Source: Eledone cirrhosa
Taxonomy: Eukaryota
Assembly: GCA_964016885.1 (NCBI GenBank)
Contig: OZ024741.1
Coordinates: 319,486,001-319,550,000, forward strand
Length of the DNA stretch: 64,000 bases
Direction: 5' to 3'
Below are positions 50,127 through 64,000 of the stretch, piece after piece. A program made the position numbers and the translations under genes. The notes under the pieces were generated by a model. The model saw only the letters and a program-made list of their open reading frames with translations, was not told the DNA's origin and did no database searches. Each line of letters opens with the position of its first letter. Positions within the stretch are counted from its first letter, which is position 1.

Positions 50127-52886
50127 CTTATCACCTACAGATCAGGGGAGCATTCTAGTCAGATAGATTTTATCCTCATCAGAGGACGTGACAGATGGAC
50201 GGTCGTAAACACAAAAGCCTACCCTAGTGAGGAATGTACCCCCAACATAGCTTAGTTGTCAGCGACCTCACGGTCAGAACTAGATGAACCTGGAAACAGA
50301 GGCCAACCTGGAGAAGAAAGATCTGGAAGCTGAAAGACCCCTCAGCCAGTAACAGATTTAAATATATTTTACTCAACGCCTATGGCAGTAAAGAAGAACA
50401 GATAGAGACATTCAATGTAGAAGAGCACTGGGAGTTCCTAAAAAATAACTTACTAGAGGCGACGGATGAGGTCTGTGGCTGGAGTAAGACCACAAGCAGG
50501 AGGAGAGTGACTTGGTGGTGGAACAATAAGGTAGATGAGGCAGTTAAGGCCAAGAGACAGGCATGGAAAGAATGGAAGAATGGGGGGAGCAGGGTACATT
50601 ACATAGAGACCAAGAGGGAAGCTAGGCGACAAGTATACTTAGCTAGGAGGGAAGCAGAGGATAAAAAATTCAAGCATGTTTTGCAACGTGAGGACCAGAA
50701 ACAGGAGGTGTTCAAGATTGCGAGGCAGTGTGTCAGAGAGAATTGTGATGTCATTGGAGAGAAGTGTATCCGGAATGATAAAGGTGAGCTTGCCCTCACA
50801 AGTGCTGAGAAGAAAGATGCATGGAAGAGCCATTATGATAGATTACTAAATGAGGAGAATGCATGGGAAGAAGAGACCCTACCCCAAGTAGACCCTATAG
50901 AGGGGCCAGCAGTACAAGTCAGCAGCAGCATAGTAAGTAAGGCAATCAAAGATATGAAGATGGGGAAGGCAACCGGTCCATCGGGTATAACTGCCAAGAT
51001 GCTGAAGGCATCTGGGTCTGTAGGTCACACTATAACCACACGTATTGTTAACCACGTAATACTAGAAGGTGTCATACCAAAAGATTGGTGCAGTAGCATC
51101 ATTGTCAACTGCTACAAAGGTAAAGGTGATGCACTAGATAGAGGAAACTATAGAGGTATAAAGCTGATGGACCAGGTCATGAAAGTAACAGAAAGAGTTA
51201 TAGCACAGTTGATTAGGGACTGGGTGAAACTAGATGATATGCAATTTGGGTTTGTACCAAGAAGAGGCACTACTGATGCCCTCTTCCTTGTGAGGCAGTT
51301 ACAGGAAAAGTACCTAGCTAAAAGTAAGCCACTCTACCTGGCATTCGTCGATCTCGAGAAAGCCTTTGACAGAGTTCCACGTGCTGTAATCTGGTGGGCT
51401 CTTAGAAAACTAGTAGTAGATGAATGGCTTGTGAAAGCTGTACAAGCCATGTATAGGGGAGCAGTCAGCAAAGTTAGGATTAGCAATGAGTATAGCGAGG
51501 AATTTAGCGTACAGGTTGGTGTCCACCAGGGCTCTGTTCTTAGCCCCTCCTGTTCATCATAGTCCTGCAGGCAATAACGGAGGAGTTTAAGACCGGATGC
51601 CCATGGGAACTCCTGTATGCTGATGACCTCGCACTTATAGCTGAATCTATGGTAGAACTAGAGAAGAAATTCCAAACTTGGAAGTAGGGACTAGAAAGAA
51701 AGGGTCTCAAAGTCAATATGACAAAGACTAAGGTCCTTGTAAGTAGATGAGAAAACAGAACCCAGATCCCCTCAGGGAAATGGCCTTGCGCAGTATGTAG
51801 GAAAGGTGTAGGTAGGAACTCCATTCTCTGCCCCAAATGCAAACAATGGGTACACAAGAGATGTAGCGGGATCTCAGGAAGCTTAATTAAGACTGTAGGC
51901 TTCACAAGCAGCAGCTGTGTTGGGACAGAAAGCAGCAAACAGCCACAGGAAACAAGTACCACCAATCTCTGGGAGGGTTCTGTAGAAACAGTAGACAGCT
52001 TCTGCTACCTAGGTGACCGAATTAGCAGCGGAGGTGGGTGTTCAGAAAGTACAATAACTAGGGTAAGAACGGGATGGAAGAAATTCAGGGAACTACTGCC
52101 ACTGCTAGCTGCAAAAGGCTTCTCCCTCAAAATGAAAGGCAGACTGTATGATGCGTGTATCCGAACAGCAATGTTACATGGTAGTGAGACCTGGGCGCTG
52201 AAGGTGGAAGACTTACGTAGATTAGAAAGAAACGAAGCCTGCATGCTCCGATGGATGTGTAATAGTAATATACGCGAACGACAAAGCATAAATGAATTGA
52301 GAGAGAGACTGAGCATAAGAGGAATCAAATGCTGTGTGCAGGAGAGGCGGTTGCATTGGTATGGACATGTGATGCGTATGAAGGATGACAGTTGCATAAA
52401 AAGGTGCAGAGCACTAGAAGTCGATGGAAGCCGTGGAGTGGGGAGACCCAAGAAGACCTGGGATGAGGTGATAAAAGCCGACCTTGCCCATTTACACCTC
52501 TCAAAGGCGATGACACACGACCGTGACCTCTGGCGTCACGCAGTAATACAGAGTACCCGACCTCCCATGGGTACAATCTGAAGCATATATACAATATGCC
52601 CCCACACCCCCACCGCAAGGTGGTCGTGGAGGTGCCACGGCAAAAAAGCACCCAGCCCACACTGTAAAGTGGACGTGTAGGCGCCACGGAAAAAGGACCC
52701 AGCACTCACTGTAAATGAGGTTGGTATTAGGAAGGGCATCCAGCTGTAGAAATCAAGCCAAAATCAGTTCCTGTATGAGCAAGGCATGGTCAGCCGACCA
52801 GACAGTGCCCACAACAGGACAACCCGTCTAACCCATGCTAGCATGGAAGAACGGACGTAAAACGGTGATGATGATGACGATGATGA
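50124..52886 (+). mobile_element. 5'-truncated RTE-clade LINE (EN end, RT, PHD-like finger, 3' UTR, (GAT)n tail), disrupted
   Basis: ITYRSG..SQIDF; YKGKGD..NYRGIKL; QFGF; FVDLEKAFD; GVHQGSVLSP; LLYADDL; CAVC..C..C..WVH..C; several stops and frameshifts. Confidence 0.95.
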
Positions 52887-53116
52887 CACATTTATTTATT
52901 TGCGGAGACACTAGTGTATGTATGTGTATACTTGTAGATGTACGCATATGTGTATGTGGATCTGTTTATGTGTGTTTGTTACTTCACTGGCTTGACTGTT
53001 TATTTAATATTGACTGTGATATGTGTGACATCTAATCTCTTATTTTAAGCTTTCTAAGTTCAATAAGTACGTATTTGTTCAATGTGTACACACACACACA
53101 CACACACACACGCACG

Positions 53117-53603
<487 letters not shown>

Positions 53604-53731
53604 AATATGCTCAGATGTATTTATCTTTGAGCTTAAATTCTCAGGATTTATGGCGCATGCATTATGTCATGACACCCATGATTTCGATTTCGATTAAATT
53701 CATTTAATTCATTTATCTTAATTTTGGACTT

Positions 53732-53784
<53 letters not shown>

Positions 53785-53956
53785 TCTGTGGTGCTGAGAC
53801 CGGGGGGCACTAATCATGGTAGTACTCGATCGATGAGGAGATGCAGAGTGGATTTAGAGATAGGTAAAATTACTCCGACTCTTTCTCTCTCTTTATATAT
53901 ATATATATATATAAAGATGGCGTAAATATACAATACAACAGGAGGAACATAATAGC

Positions 53957-53998
53957 ACCACTGACGATGTTGCAGATGTGCAACGAAAGAACTTTGTT
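53957..53998 (+). ncRNA. Type I hammerhead (same family as 6169)
   Basis: ACCA-CTGACGA-T-GTTGCA gatg TGCAAC-GAAAG aa CTT-TGTT. Confidence 0.75.
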
Positions 53999-54459
53999 AG
54001 ACTATATATATGTGTTTATATCTATATTATATCTGTATTTTTGACCGTTGGTCAGCCAATGGTAAACATTGAGGACCGAATGAATTAACTGATATAAAAA
54101 ATAAAGAAGCGAAAACCAACCAAACAGTGAGTGTGTTCTGTTATTAATTCTGGCAATATTATTACAACAATATGACCCCCCCCCCCAAGTATAACGATAT
54201 ATATATATATATATTACTATTTAAAAAAAGTGGCAGTGGTTTCTAAGTTTTAGCTTGATTGCTTCATATGGCTCTGCAAGATGACATATTCAATACTCAC
54301 TAGTTTTGAGTATTCATTCAGTTAATGCTTGAATGTTTTAACACACTATGATATTTTAAACACATAATCCAATATTTTAATGTTCTGCTATGGGTTATGG
54401 GTGAGGAGTGTGTCTGTGACTTCATCATTCCACCACTTGTGTGGTCGTCTCCTGGCTTT

Positions 54460-55195
54460 GAAGCCGTTTACGTTCTAAGTTCAAATCCCACCGAGGTTAA
54501 CTTTACCTTTCATCCTTACGGGGTCGATAAAATAAAGTACCAGTCACACACTGGGGTCGATTTAATTGACTTTCCCCTCCCCCAAAATTGCTGGCCTTGT
54601 GCCTATATAAGAAACCATTATTTTGTTGATCTCAAAAAGATGAAAGGCAAATTTGAATTTGGCAGGATTTGAACTCAGAGTATAGAAAGTCAAAACTAAA
54701 TATCACAAAGTATTTTGTCTGAGGTTTTATCAATACTGTCAATAGTAGGTTTTTCTTTCTAACATTAGCACAAGGCCAGCAATGTGGGAGAAGGGGGAGT
54801 TGATTATATTGACCCCAGTACGTGGCCGGTACTTTGCCTTTTTTTCCTCCAGGGTCAATAAAGTAAAGTTAACTTGGTGGGATTTTAGTTCAGTACAAAT
54901 TATAATTAAATACGACAAATCATTTTGTTTGATGCTCTAGCAAATCTGCCAATCCATTGACCTAATCACACCTTTAATGATTGTTTCTGCATTAGGCACA
55001 ATGTTAGCGATTTGAAGGGAAATGGAAAGTCAATTAAATTGACTACAGTGCATTACTTGTGTTTTATTTTATTGATCCCATAAGATGAAAAGCAAAACTA
55101 ATCACTGTGAGATTAGAACTCAGAACATAATGGGATTTAACTATATATCGCAAAGCATGTCGTCCGATCTTTACCGATATTGCTAATCCACCACC
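54460..55195. mobile_element. Cluster of Nin/Deu-type SINE copies of different ages
   Basis: 54460-54621 (+) followed by about three diverged minus-strand copies. Confidence 0.75.
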
Positions 55196-55593
55196 CTCAT
55201 GCTTTTAATAAAAAATGTCAAAAAAGAAGAGCTCTGGAATCGGTGAACAGTTAGCATGGCTTTGGGAGTCTAGATTTTTTTTTTATTCAATTGTTTTACT
55301 TGTATGGACATTATGTATATTATATGTACATGTATATACCAGTGACCCATACATAAATCATATGTATTTAGCACTGGCTACAAAAATACTTAATGAGCAG
55401 TTTGATTTATATGCAAATATCTATTTATGTATATATTGATTGTCTCCAATGAAAGAGTTAAACATAGAAATACAAGAAAAAAAATCGATTCATACACATA
55501 CACCCATGCACGCAATACGTACCCTCTGCACTATGTGTGTATGTATGTCTGATTGATTGCATGCATACATGTATTTATGTATGTATGGATATA

Positions 55594-55967
55594 TCATCAT
55601 CACCATCACCGTTTTACGTCCGTTCTTCCACGCTAGCATGGGTTAGACGGGTTGTCCTGTTGTGGTCAGTGTCCGGTCGGCTGACCTTGTCTTGCTCATA
55701 TCGGAACTGATTTTGGCTTGATTTATACAGCAGGATACCCTTCCTAACACCAACCTCATTTACAGTGAGTGTTGGGTGCTTTTTTTTCCGTGGCACTTTA
55801 CAGTGAATGATAGGGACTCCAGTCCCTATCATCTCATTTCTACAGCTGAGTAAACTGGAGCAATGTGAAATAAAGTGTCTTGCTCAAGGAAACAACACAT
55901 CACCCGGTCTGACAATTGAACTCACAACCTTTCGATTGCAAGCCCCATGCTCTAACCACTAAGCCAT
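55594..55967 (-). mobile_element. Full-length tRNA-CORE SINE with RTE tail
   Basis: tRNA head, CORE-like domain, and a 3' ~190 bp matching the LINE 3' UTR at ~52690-52880. Confidence 0.9.
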
Positions 55968-56878
55968 ATATATATATATCATCAACATGATCATCATATA
56001 TTTATATATGCACACATTAATTGTGGTTGGCATTAAAAAGGGCATCCAGCCGTCGAAACCAAGCCAGAATCAGAGCTGTATGAGTAAGATAAAGTCATTT
56101 GATCTGGCTTGTCTCACAACGGGACAATGCTATCATGGAAACATGGACGTTAAATGGTGGTGATGATGATGATGATGATATATATATATACGTAAATATG
56201 ATAATAAAGGCGCTGCGGTGTTGCAAATGGGTTACATATGAAAAAAGTTTGTCCTTCATCAGTGATCTTCCAACCATCATAGGCATTTCATCGCTTTAAA
56301 GACCATATACCTCCGGTTGGTGCGAGCAACGGCTAAAAAAATTCGTTGGGACACGTAAATAAAGGGGACGCGAGTGTAAACAAATAAAATGGTGAAGCAA
56401 CAGAAAGTGAGGAAGAAGGAGACAAGTCCCAAATTTCTATGAATTTAAATTCGGTGAAATCGTGAACGAGAGAATAAAGACCATCAAACCTGGTTGAAAT
56501 GTGAGCAAGGAAGGAATTTCGCACAGGTCTAACGGGAGGAAGAAGGGGTCTGGTCTGCGAATTCGGTAAACATAAGTTCTGTGAAATCGTAGACGAGAGA
56601 GAGAAAAAATTCCGACCAGCTTGGCCGAGCGTGCGAGAGAAAAGAATTACGCACAGGTCAAACGGGAAGAAAGAGGAGGAGGAGAGGTAGTGACAGAGAA
56701 TGAGTGAGTGAAGGGTGAGGAAGAGGCTAACAGAGAGAGAGGCTGCTAGAAGGGGTAAAGATACATAGAACGAAATATATATATATATATATATATAGTA
56801 AAAAATTGAACGGGAACAAAACAGAGAGGCAGTACGAACAAAGGTTTATTAGTTTTACGCTCTTGAGAGTGAGGTGGT

Positions 56879-56937
<59 letters not shown>

Positions 56938-57046
56938 TCTTTGGTTGGTGATTATAATTGTACACACACACACACACATATATACATATGTGTATATATG
57001 CATATATTTATATATACATACATACATATGTATGTCTCTCTCTCTC

Positions 57047-57103
<57 letters not shown>

Positions 57104-57171
57104 CAATATATAGAGGGGAAAGACACAGAATTACGGGATTATATGCGAGTGCTTTGCTCCGTTACTATTAC

Positions 57172-57210
<39 letters not shown>

Positions 57211-57218
57211 TTACAACA

Positions 57219-57615
57219 ATTACACCTCTCAAAGGCGATGACACACGACCGTGACTTCTGGCATCATGCAGTAATACAGAGTACTCGACCTCGCATGGGT
57301 ACAAGCTGAAGCATATAGACAATATGCCCCCACACCTTCCCACTGTAAGGTGGTCGTGGAGGTGCCACGGCAAAAAAGCACCCAACCCACACTGTAAAGT
57401 GGACGTGTAGGCGCCACGGAAAAAAACACCCACCACTCACTGTAAATGAGGTTGGTGTTAGGAAGGGCATCCAGCTGTAGAAATCAAGCCAAAATCAGTT
57501 CCTTTATGAGCAAGACATGGTCAGCCGACCAGACAGTGCTCACAACAGGACAACCCGTCTAACCCATGCTAGCATGGAAGAACGGACGTAAAACGGTGAT
57601 GATGATGATGATGAT
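57219..57615 (+). mobile_element. Short 3' fragment of the RTE family at 50124
   Basis: Near-identical to ~52490-52886. Confidence 0.9.
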
Positions 57616-57709
57616 GTGTGTGTGTACAAATTTATACAGCAATGCATTTCTGCTCGAGACACTCTCATATTTAGACAAGGACCTTATGTAAATATTTGGT
57701 ATGAAGAGA

Positions 57710-60400
57710 ATCATCATCATCATCATTTTACGTCCGCTTTTCCCTGCTTGCAAGGGTAGGACGGGTCTTATTCAGCACAGCATCTCTCCACTTGTCACGG
57801 TCCTTCGTCATCTCCACCGTGAGCTTCAGCGATCTGAGGTCTGTTCTCACCACCTCCGCCCATGTTTTTCGTGGTCTACCTCTACCACATCTTCCTTCAA
57901 CTGGCATTTCCTGGCACTTCTTCACCCATCGGTCATCCTCCATGCGCATCACATGTCCATACTATCGCAGCCTTCTCTCCCGCACACTACAACTTATCCC
58001 TCTCAGACACAGTTTCTCTCTCAACACATCCATGCTGGGTCATTCAAGCACATTGACATTGCACATCCAATGGAGCATGCTTGCCTCATTTCTCTCCAGC
58101 CGTCGCATATCCTCTGCAGTTGCTGCCCATGTCTCACTACCATGCAGCATCGCGCTCCTCACACAGGCATCATATAACCGGCCTTTCGTACGCAGGGAGA
58201 AACCCTTCTTCGTCAGCAGAGGAAGCAGCTCTCTAAACTTCTTTCAACCCGTCCTTATTCTAGATACTATGGCCTCGGAACACCCCCCTCCTATGCTAAT
58301 CTGATCTCCTAGGTACCGGAAGCTATCCACCACTTCTATAGCACCCGCCTGCATTTGAAAAATGTGTTTATCAATGCGACTTCGACTGTCTAATTTCCCT
58401 GTACATCTACTGCATACGTATTTCTCCCTACCTGTTAGTTTGCCTGCTATCCCACTACATCTCTTGTGTACCCAGGATCTGCATTGTGTACATTTTATAG
58501 AATTTATGCCAGTTCCTTTTCTACATATCGAACATGGCCATTTTCCTGATGGAATCAGAGATTTGTCCTCTTTTCTACTCATCAACACTTTTGTCTTAGC
58601 TAGGTTCACTCTCAGTCCTCTTGCTTCCAACTGCTGTTTCTATAGCCAGAATTTATTCTCTAGCTCCTCTACTGATTCTGCTATAAGAACCAGATCGTCA
58701 GCATAGAGAAGTTCCCATGGATAGCCAGTCTTAAAGTCCTCTGTTATGGCTTGGAGGACTATAATGAACAAGAGCGGGCTGAGGACCGAACCTTGATGTA
58801 CTCCTACTTGTATCTGGAATTCCTCACTAAACTCCATTCCTACCCTGACTTTACTGACAGCACCTCTGTACAAAGTTTTCACTGTCCTCACAAGCCATTC
58901 CTCAACACCTAGTTTCCTTAAGGACCACCAGATGACAGATCTGGGTAGCCTATCAAAGGCTGTCTCTAGGTCAACAAAGGCTAAATATAGTGGCTTATTA
59001 TTCTCTAAGAACCTCTCTTGTAATTGTCTCACCAAGAAGAGGGCATCTGTTGTACTTTTCCCAGGCACAAAACCAAACTGCATCTCATCTAGTTTGACCC
59101 TTTCTCTAATTAGTTGTGCTAATATCCTTTCTGCCACTTTCTTAACATGATCCATCAGTTTTATACCCCTATAATTGCTCCTCTCCAGAGCATCCCCTTT
59201 ATCTTTGTAGCAATTTATGAGAATACTGCTGCACCAGTCTTTGGGTGTGACACCACCATATATAGCCTGATTGATGATGCGTGCAACCAGTTTAGTGCCT
59301 ACGTCCCCTGATGCCTTCAGCATCTCAGCAACTATCCCCGACGGTCCAGCAGCCCTACCATTTTTCATTTCCTTAATCGCCTCTTGGACCCTATATTTGT
59401 CAATCTCAATAGCTGGTCCCTCTGTCGGATCTACTGAGGGTAATTTCTCTCTCTCCCATTTGTTCTTCACATTCATCAGTCTCTCATAATGACATTTCCA
59501 GGCCTCCTTTTCTGATCATTCATGACACTAAGTATACCGGCATCATTCCTGACACATTTATCTCCAACAACATCCTGATTTGATTTGACACAGTGCCTTG
59601 CAATGTGGAACACCGCACACCTCTTATCTTCCTGTCGCAGAACATTGGCAAACCTCCTACTCTCAGCCTCCCTGCGTGCTAAGTACACCTGATGTTTAGC
59701 CTCTCTCTTAGCGGCTGTATATCCTTCTCTACTCCCACCCCTTTTCCAAGCCTTCCATGCTAGTCTTTTGTCTCTAATGGCCTCATCTACTGTGCTGTTC
59801 CACCACCAGGTCACCCTCTGTCTGGTTGGAGCTCTTCTCCAGCCACAAGTTTCATCAGTAGCCTGCAGTAAGTTGTCACGTAAGAAATTCCGGTTATTAT
59901 CTATGTCATACGTCTCTAAATCATCTTCTTTTTCGTCATACACATCTTGAAAGGCTTTCCTAAATTTGTATTTTAGTGAAAGATCTTTTAGCTTCCAGGC
60001 CTTTCTTCTCCACACCTTCCTGTATGTCTCATTCCATCTCTTGCTTACTGAGATATCACTAACGACTAACGTATGCTGTGGGGTACATTCTTCCCCAGGG
60101 TATGCCTTAGTATTTGACACCATCTGTCTGTCTCGCTGCCTAACTAGTAAGAAGTCAATCTGGCTTATGTGCTCACCTGATTTGTAGGTTATTAGATGGT
60201 TGGCAGGTTTCTGGAAGTTAGTGTTGCAAATAGTCAGTGTACTTGCATCACAAAATTCTTCCTTTCTTGAGCCGTAACCGTGCCCACCATGTACCCCAGT
60301 GTAACCATTCTGGAGCTGTCCAACATGACCATTGAAGTCCCCTGCTAGCATAACGATGTCTCCGTTCTCTGTCATTGCGGTTGTTTGTAAAAGTTGCTCG
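57710..60400 (-). mobile_element. 5'-truncated RTE-clade LINE (second subfamily), disrupted
   Basis: AGDFNGHVG (APE), ITYKSG..SQIDF, RT motifs through LLYADDL, CSIC..C..C..WVH..C finger, (GAT)n tail. Confidence 0.95.
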
Positions 60401-60431
60401 TAAAAGCAGAATGTAGCTCTTATTTAGTAAT

Positions 60432-61357
60432 TGTGTAGTGGTTATGTGAAGCAGGGTGCAGATCATGTAGTGGATGTGGTATAATGGTAATGATTTTCTA
60501 GAAGTGTAATACATGTGGTGTCATGGTAGATGTTTGTGTAGTGGTTATGTGAAGCGGGGTGCAGATCATGTAGTGGATGTGGTATAATGGTAGTGATTTT
60601 CTAGAAGTGTAATACATGTGGTGTCGTGGTAGATGTTTGTGTAGTGGTTATGTGAAGCAGGGTGCAGATCATGTAGTGGATGTGGTATAATGGTAATGAT
60701 TTTCTAGAAGTGTAATACATGTGGTGTCGTGGTAGATGTTTGTGTAGTGGTTATGTGAAGTGGGGTGCAGATCATGTAGTGGATGTGGTATAATGGTAGT
60801 GATTTTCTAGAAGTGTAATACATGTGGTGTCGTGGTAGATGTTTGTGTAGTGGTTATGTGAAGCGGGGTGCAGATCATGTAGTAGATGTGGTATAATGGT
60901 AGTGATTTTCTAGAAGTGTAATACATGTGGTGTCGTGGTAGATGTTTGTGTAGTGGTTATGTGAAGCGGGGTGCAGATCATGTAGTAGATGTGGTATAAT
61001 GGTAGTGATTTTCTAGAAGTGTAATACATGTGGTGTCGTGGTAGATGTTTGTGTAGTGGTTATGTGAAGCGGGGTGCAGATCATGTAGTAGATGTGGTAT
61101 AATGGTAGTGATTTTCTAGAAGTGTAATACATGTGGTGTCGTGGTAGATGTTTGTGTAGTGGTTATGTGAAGCGGGGTGCAGATCATGTAGTAGATGTGG
61201 TATAATGGTAGTGATTTTCTAGAAGTGTAATACATGTGGTGTCGTGGTAGATGTTTGTGTAGTGGTTATGTGAAGCGGGGTGCAGATCATGTAGTAGATG
61301 TGGTATAATGGTAGTGATTTTCTAGAAGTGTAATACATGTGGTGTCGTGGTAGATGT
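60432..61357. repeat. 103-bp minisatellite, 9 near-identical copies
   Basis: Unit TGTGTAGTGGTTATGTGAAGCGGGGTGCAGATCATG..GGTAGATGTT starts at 60432, 60535 and onward. Confidence 0.95.
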
Positions 61358-61669
61358 CTAAAGCCTCAGGTAATGGAAGGAGATTTCCTTATATCTGAGG
61401 CCAGTGAAGGTGAGAAAAATGTACAGACATGTATACATACACACTTGAAAATATATGTATCCTTATATATATATATCGATAGTCGATCGACAAGATCCCA
61501 GACTTGATTCACTTAATGAGTGGGGTGGAGGTTGTCAAATCGGAACGAGCAAAAAATGTTTCCATTGGTCTTTCCAATTGTTAATATTTGTTTCTACTTT
61601 TGGCACAGAATGAAAGGCAAAGTTAACCTCAGCCGGATTTGAACTCTGTCAATATTATCTGTCGATTGC

Positions 61670-62460
61670 AACTCCAGGCAGGAGGAGCAACATGAAATGT
61701 CCTGCTCAAGGACATAACGCATTGCCCGCTCTGGGAATCAAAATTGCAACCTCACAATTGCGAATCCAATTCTCTAGCCACTCACCCATCGTTTGTATGT
61801 CTGTTTTCTATACTTGCATGGGTTGGACAGGTCTTTCTCTGCTCAGCATTGCTCCACTTGCTACGTTTCTTTGTCATGTATTCTGTGAGTCTCAATGATT
61901 TGAGGATCTGCTCTCACCATCTCTGCCCAGGTCTTTCTCTGACTATCTCTACGGCAGCTTCCATCCACTGGCATTTACTGGCACCTCATCACCCATCGAT
62001 CATCATCTATGCGCATCACATGTCTGTATAAATGAAGTCTTCTCTCTTACACACCACCTCGGATTCCTCTAGACCCAGCTGCTTCCTCTGTTCATCCAAG
62101 CTCTGTCCTTCTCTCACATTTACATTGCACAACATGGCTGCTTCATTTCTCCCCAGTCTATGCATGTCTTTTGCAGTCACTGCCTCTGTTTTACTACCAT
62201 GCAACGCCACACTTCGCACACAGTTATGCTAGGGAGAAACCTTTTGTTGTTGTCAAAACATCCTATCCTTATTCTAGCTATTATGCTCTTAGAGCACCCT
62301 TTCTACTGCTGATTAAGTCACCTAGATAGCAGAAACTGTGAACCACTTCTATGGACCCTTCCTGCGACATGAAAAGGTTTATATCACTGCTGCTCTTCTC
62401 ATTGATTTTTCCTGTGCAACTACATATAAAGTATTCCCTTCCTCTTAGTCTACCCCTTAT
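61670..62460 (-). mobile_element. Old CORE-SINE fragment followed by degraded RTE 3' fragment
   Basis: GGAGCAACATGAAATGTCCTGCTCAAGG; ALHGSKT..RLGRNEA; EVVHSFCYLGDLIS. Confidence 0.75.
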
Positions 62461-64000
62461 CATTGTAGGATTCCCTTGATTTTTGTTGCTTAGTCCCAAT
62501 TCAACACTGACCGCACCAAGAATTGCTTTGTATATAAGGTACTACATGGTTCAATATGTCTTAAGGCATGAATATAACTTGGTTGCTAGCTGTAGCAGGT
62601 TGAGCAAACATGTAAAGATATCCTCATTGATAAGGTTGTTGTTAATGCTGCTATTGGTATTATTGTGTAGTTACAGGTGAGTCCTGTACAGACAGATATA
62701 TTATCAAAAGCCTTCTAACTGTGACCATTCTCTTTTATTTTCTGATATTGTGAATCTTGAACATTATTTATTGGTTTCTACTTTTGGCAGGACAAGTAAC
62801 CACATAGGATCTTCTTTGTTGTTGTTTAGCCTCAGGTCAACTTGATTGAGCAAAAATATGTTGAAAAGTGTCACCAGCATATCTCTTTCATATCTAAGAC
62901 ATAGTTTAATGTGTCTATTTTTAAAGCCGGTTGGGGGGAAGGGGGAAGCATTTGAGAGGGATTTAGCTGCTATTTCTAATACGTTAAGTACCCATTTATA
63001 AACCCTTATAGATTAGGTCAGTGGGTGTAAGCATATACTTATAATATTGAGATGATGCATGTAACTGGTTTTTTATTTTGAATGTCTGTATTTCTATTGT
63101 AGTGTCAGTAACTATATTACTTTGCAAATTATTTGTGATATCTATATGTTGAATGCAAGATTTTATGTAAGTTATATGACCACCATCTCCACTGGAAAAG
63201 TCTCTGTCTAGTCTAATCAGTGTATAGTTTGAAATTGAATTTTTTTATGTGGATTTAAGAATGTTTCTTATTGCCATGTGTACATTGTATGCAGTGATAA
63301 AATTTTCAATTCTATAATGGCGTTTTTAATACCATTAGTGTTGTAGTAAAATGTGACAAATTGGTGAAGTCATTGGATTGTTCGATAAATTGCGTTGTGG
63401 TATTTGTTTTGGCTTTCTACATTCTGGATTAAAATTCCACCAGGGTTTGGGTTTCTTTTCATCCTTTCAAGGTTAATAAATTAAGTACCAGTCAGGAAAG
63501 GTAGATTGACAGAATTGTTGGAGCATCACAGATGATGTCTTGTGATCACCTTTTCTGCTCTTTGATTTCTGCTCTTTGATTTCTGAGTTCACTTGTGATA
63601 TTACTCATGTAAAGCCATAGCAGCTCTTGTCTTTTCTTTGGATAATGTAGGTGGCGTGGAGAGGTGAGAGCTGTATGCATGGGTGATTGAAGGCCTTTCA
63701 CACATACCCGCATACACCCCCCCCCCACACACACACACAAGCATGGAGATGCTCACACACACACATAGAAACCTTGTCTAGGCTTGCACCATGGAGAGGA
63801 AATTTCCAGGCACAGATCTATGGTGACATGAAACATACAGAGCTATTTAAATTGGTGTAGTGTAGAATATTTAGATTTTTTTTTGTCTGTGACTGTGACT
63901 AAAAAGCAAATATTTTTAAACAGAATTCCTTGTTACATATTTTCGATTCACTGCTGTAAGGTTGTGCATTTCTTTGGATTGTTTGTACATAATGTTTGCT

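Noticed and set aside
55890-55967. tRNA gene
   Set aside because: The A/B boxes run straight into CORE and LINE-derived sequence with no acceptor stem, so this is a SINE head
60432-61357. CRISPR-like array
   Set aside because: Units are contiguous with no unique spacers, the context is eukaryotic and there are no cas genes

Overview
Repeat-saturated, AT-rich animal DNA with no intact host gene. The SINE and LINE families resemble those of octopod cephalopods (inference). Nearly all listed ORFs are (TA)n/(CA)n artefacts. Real coding remnants are five Penelope-like elements of the Naiad type (RT thumb, CxCx5C linker, GIY-YIG) plus one other GIY-YIG relic, two long and several short RTE-clade LINEs, a CRE-clade REL endonuclease fragment and an internally deleted mariner. 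Non-coding repeats include Nin/Deu- and CORE-type tRNA SINEs, Helitron-like elements, a 103-bp minisatellite and many fold-back inverted repeats. The main hidden signal is about 25 type I hammerhead-ribozyme (HHR) motifs, intact, degenerate or partial, on both strands, about 20 of them in the first 26 kb. They belong to many unrelated sequence families. They include a 427-nt HHR-bearing tandem monomer (retrozyme/pLTR-like), a 483-nt HHR unit, HHRs with very long helix II, and a pair showing helix II covariation. All folds were read by eye, and cleavage activity is untested.
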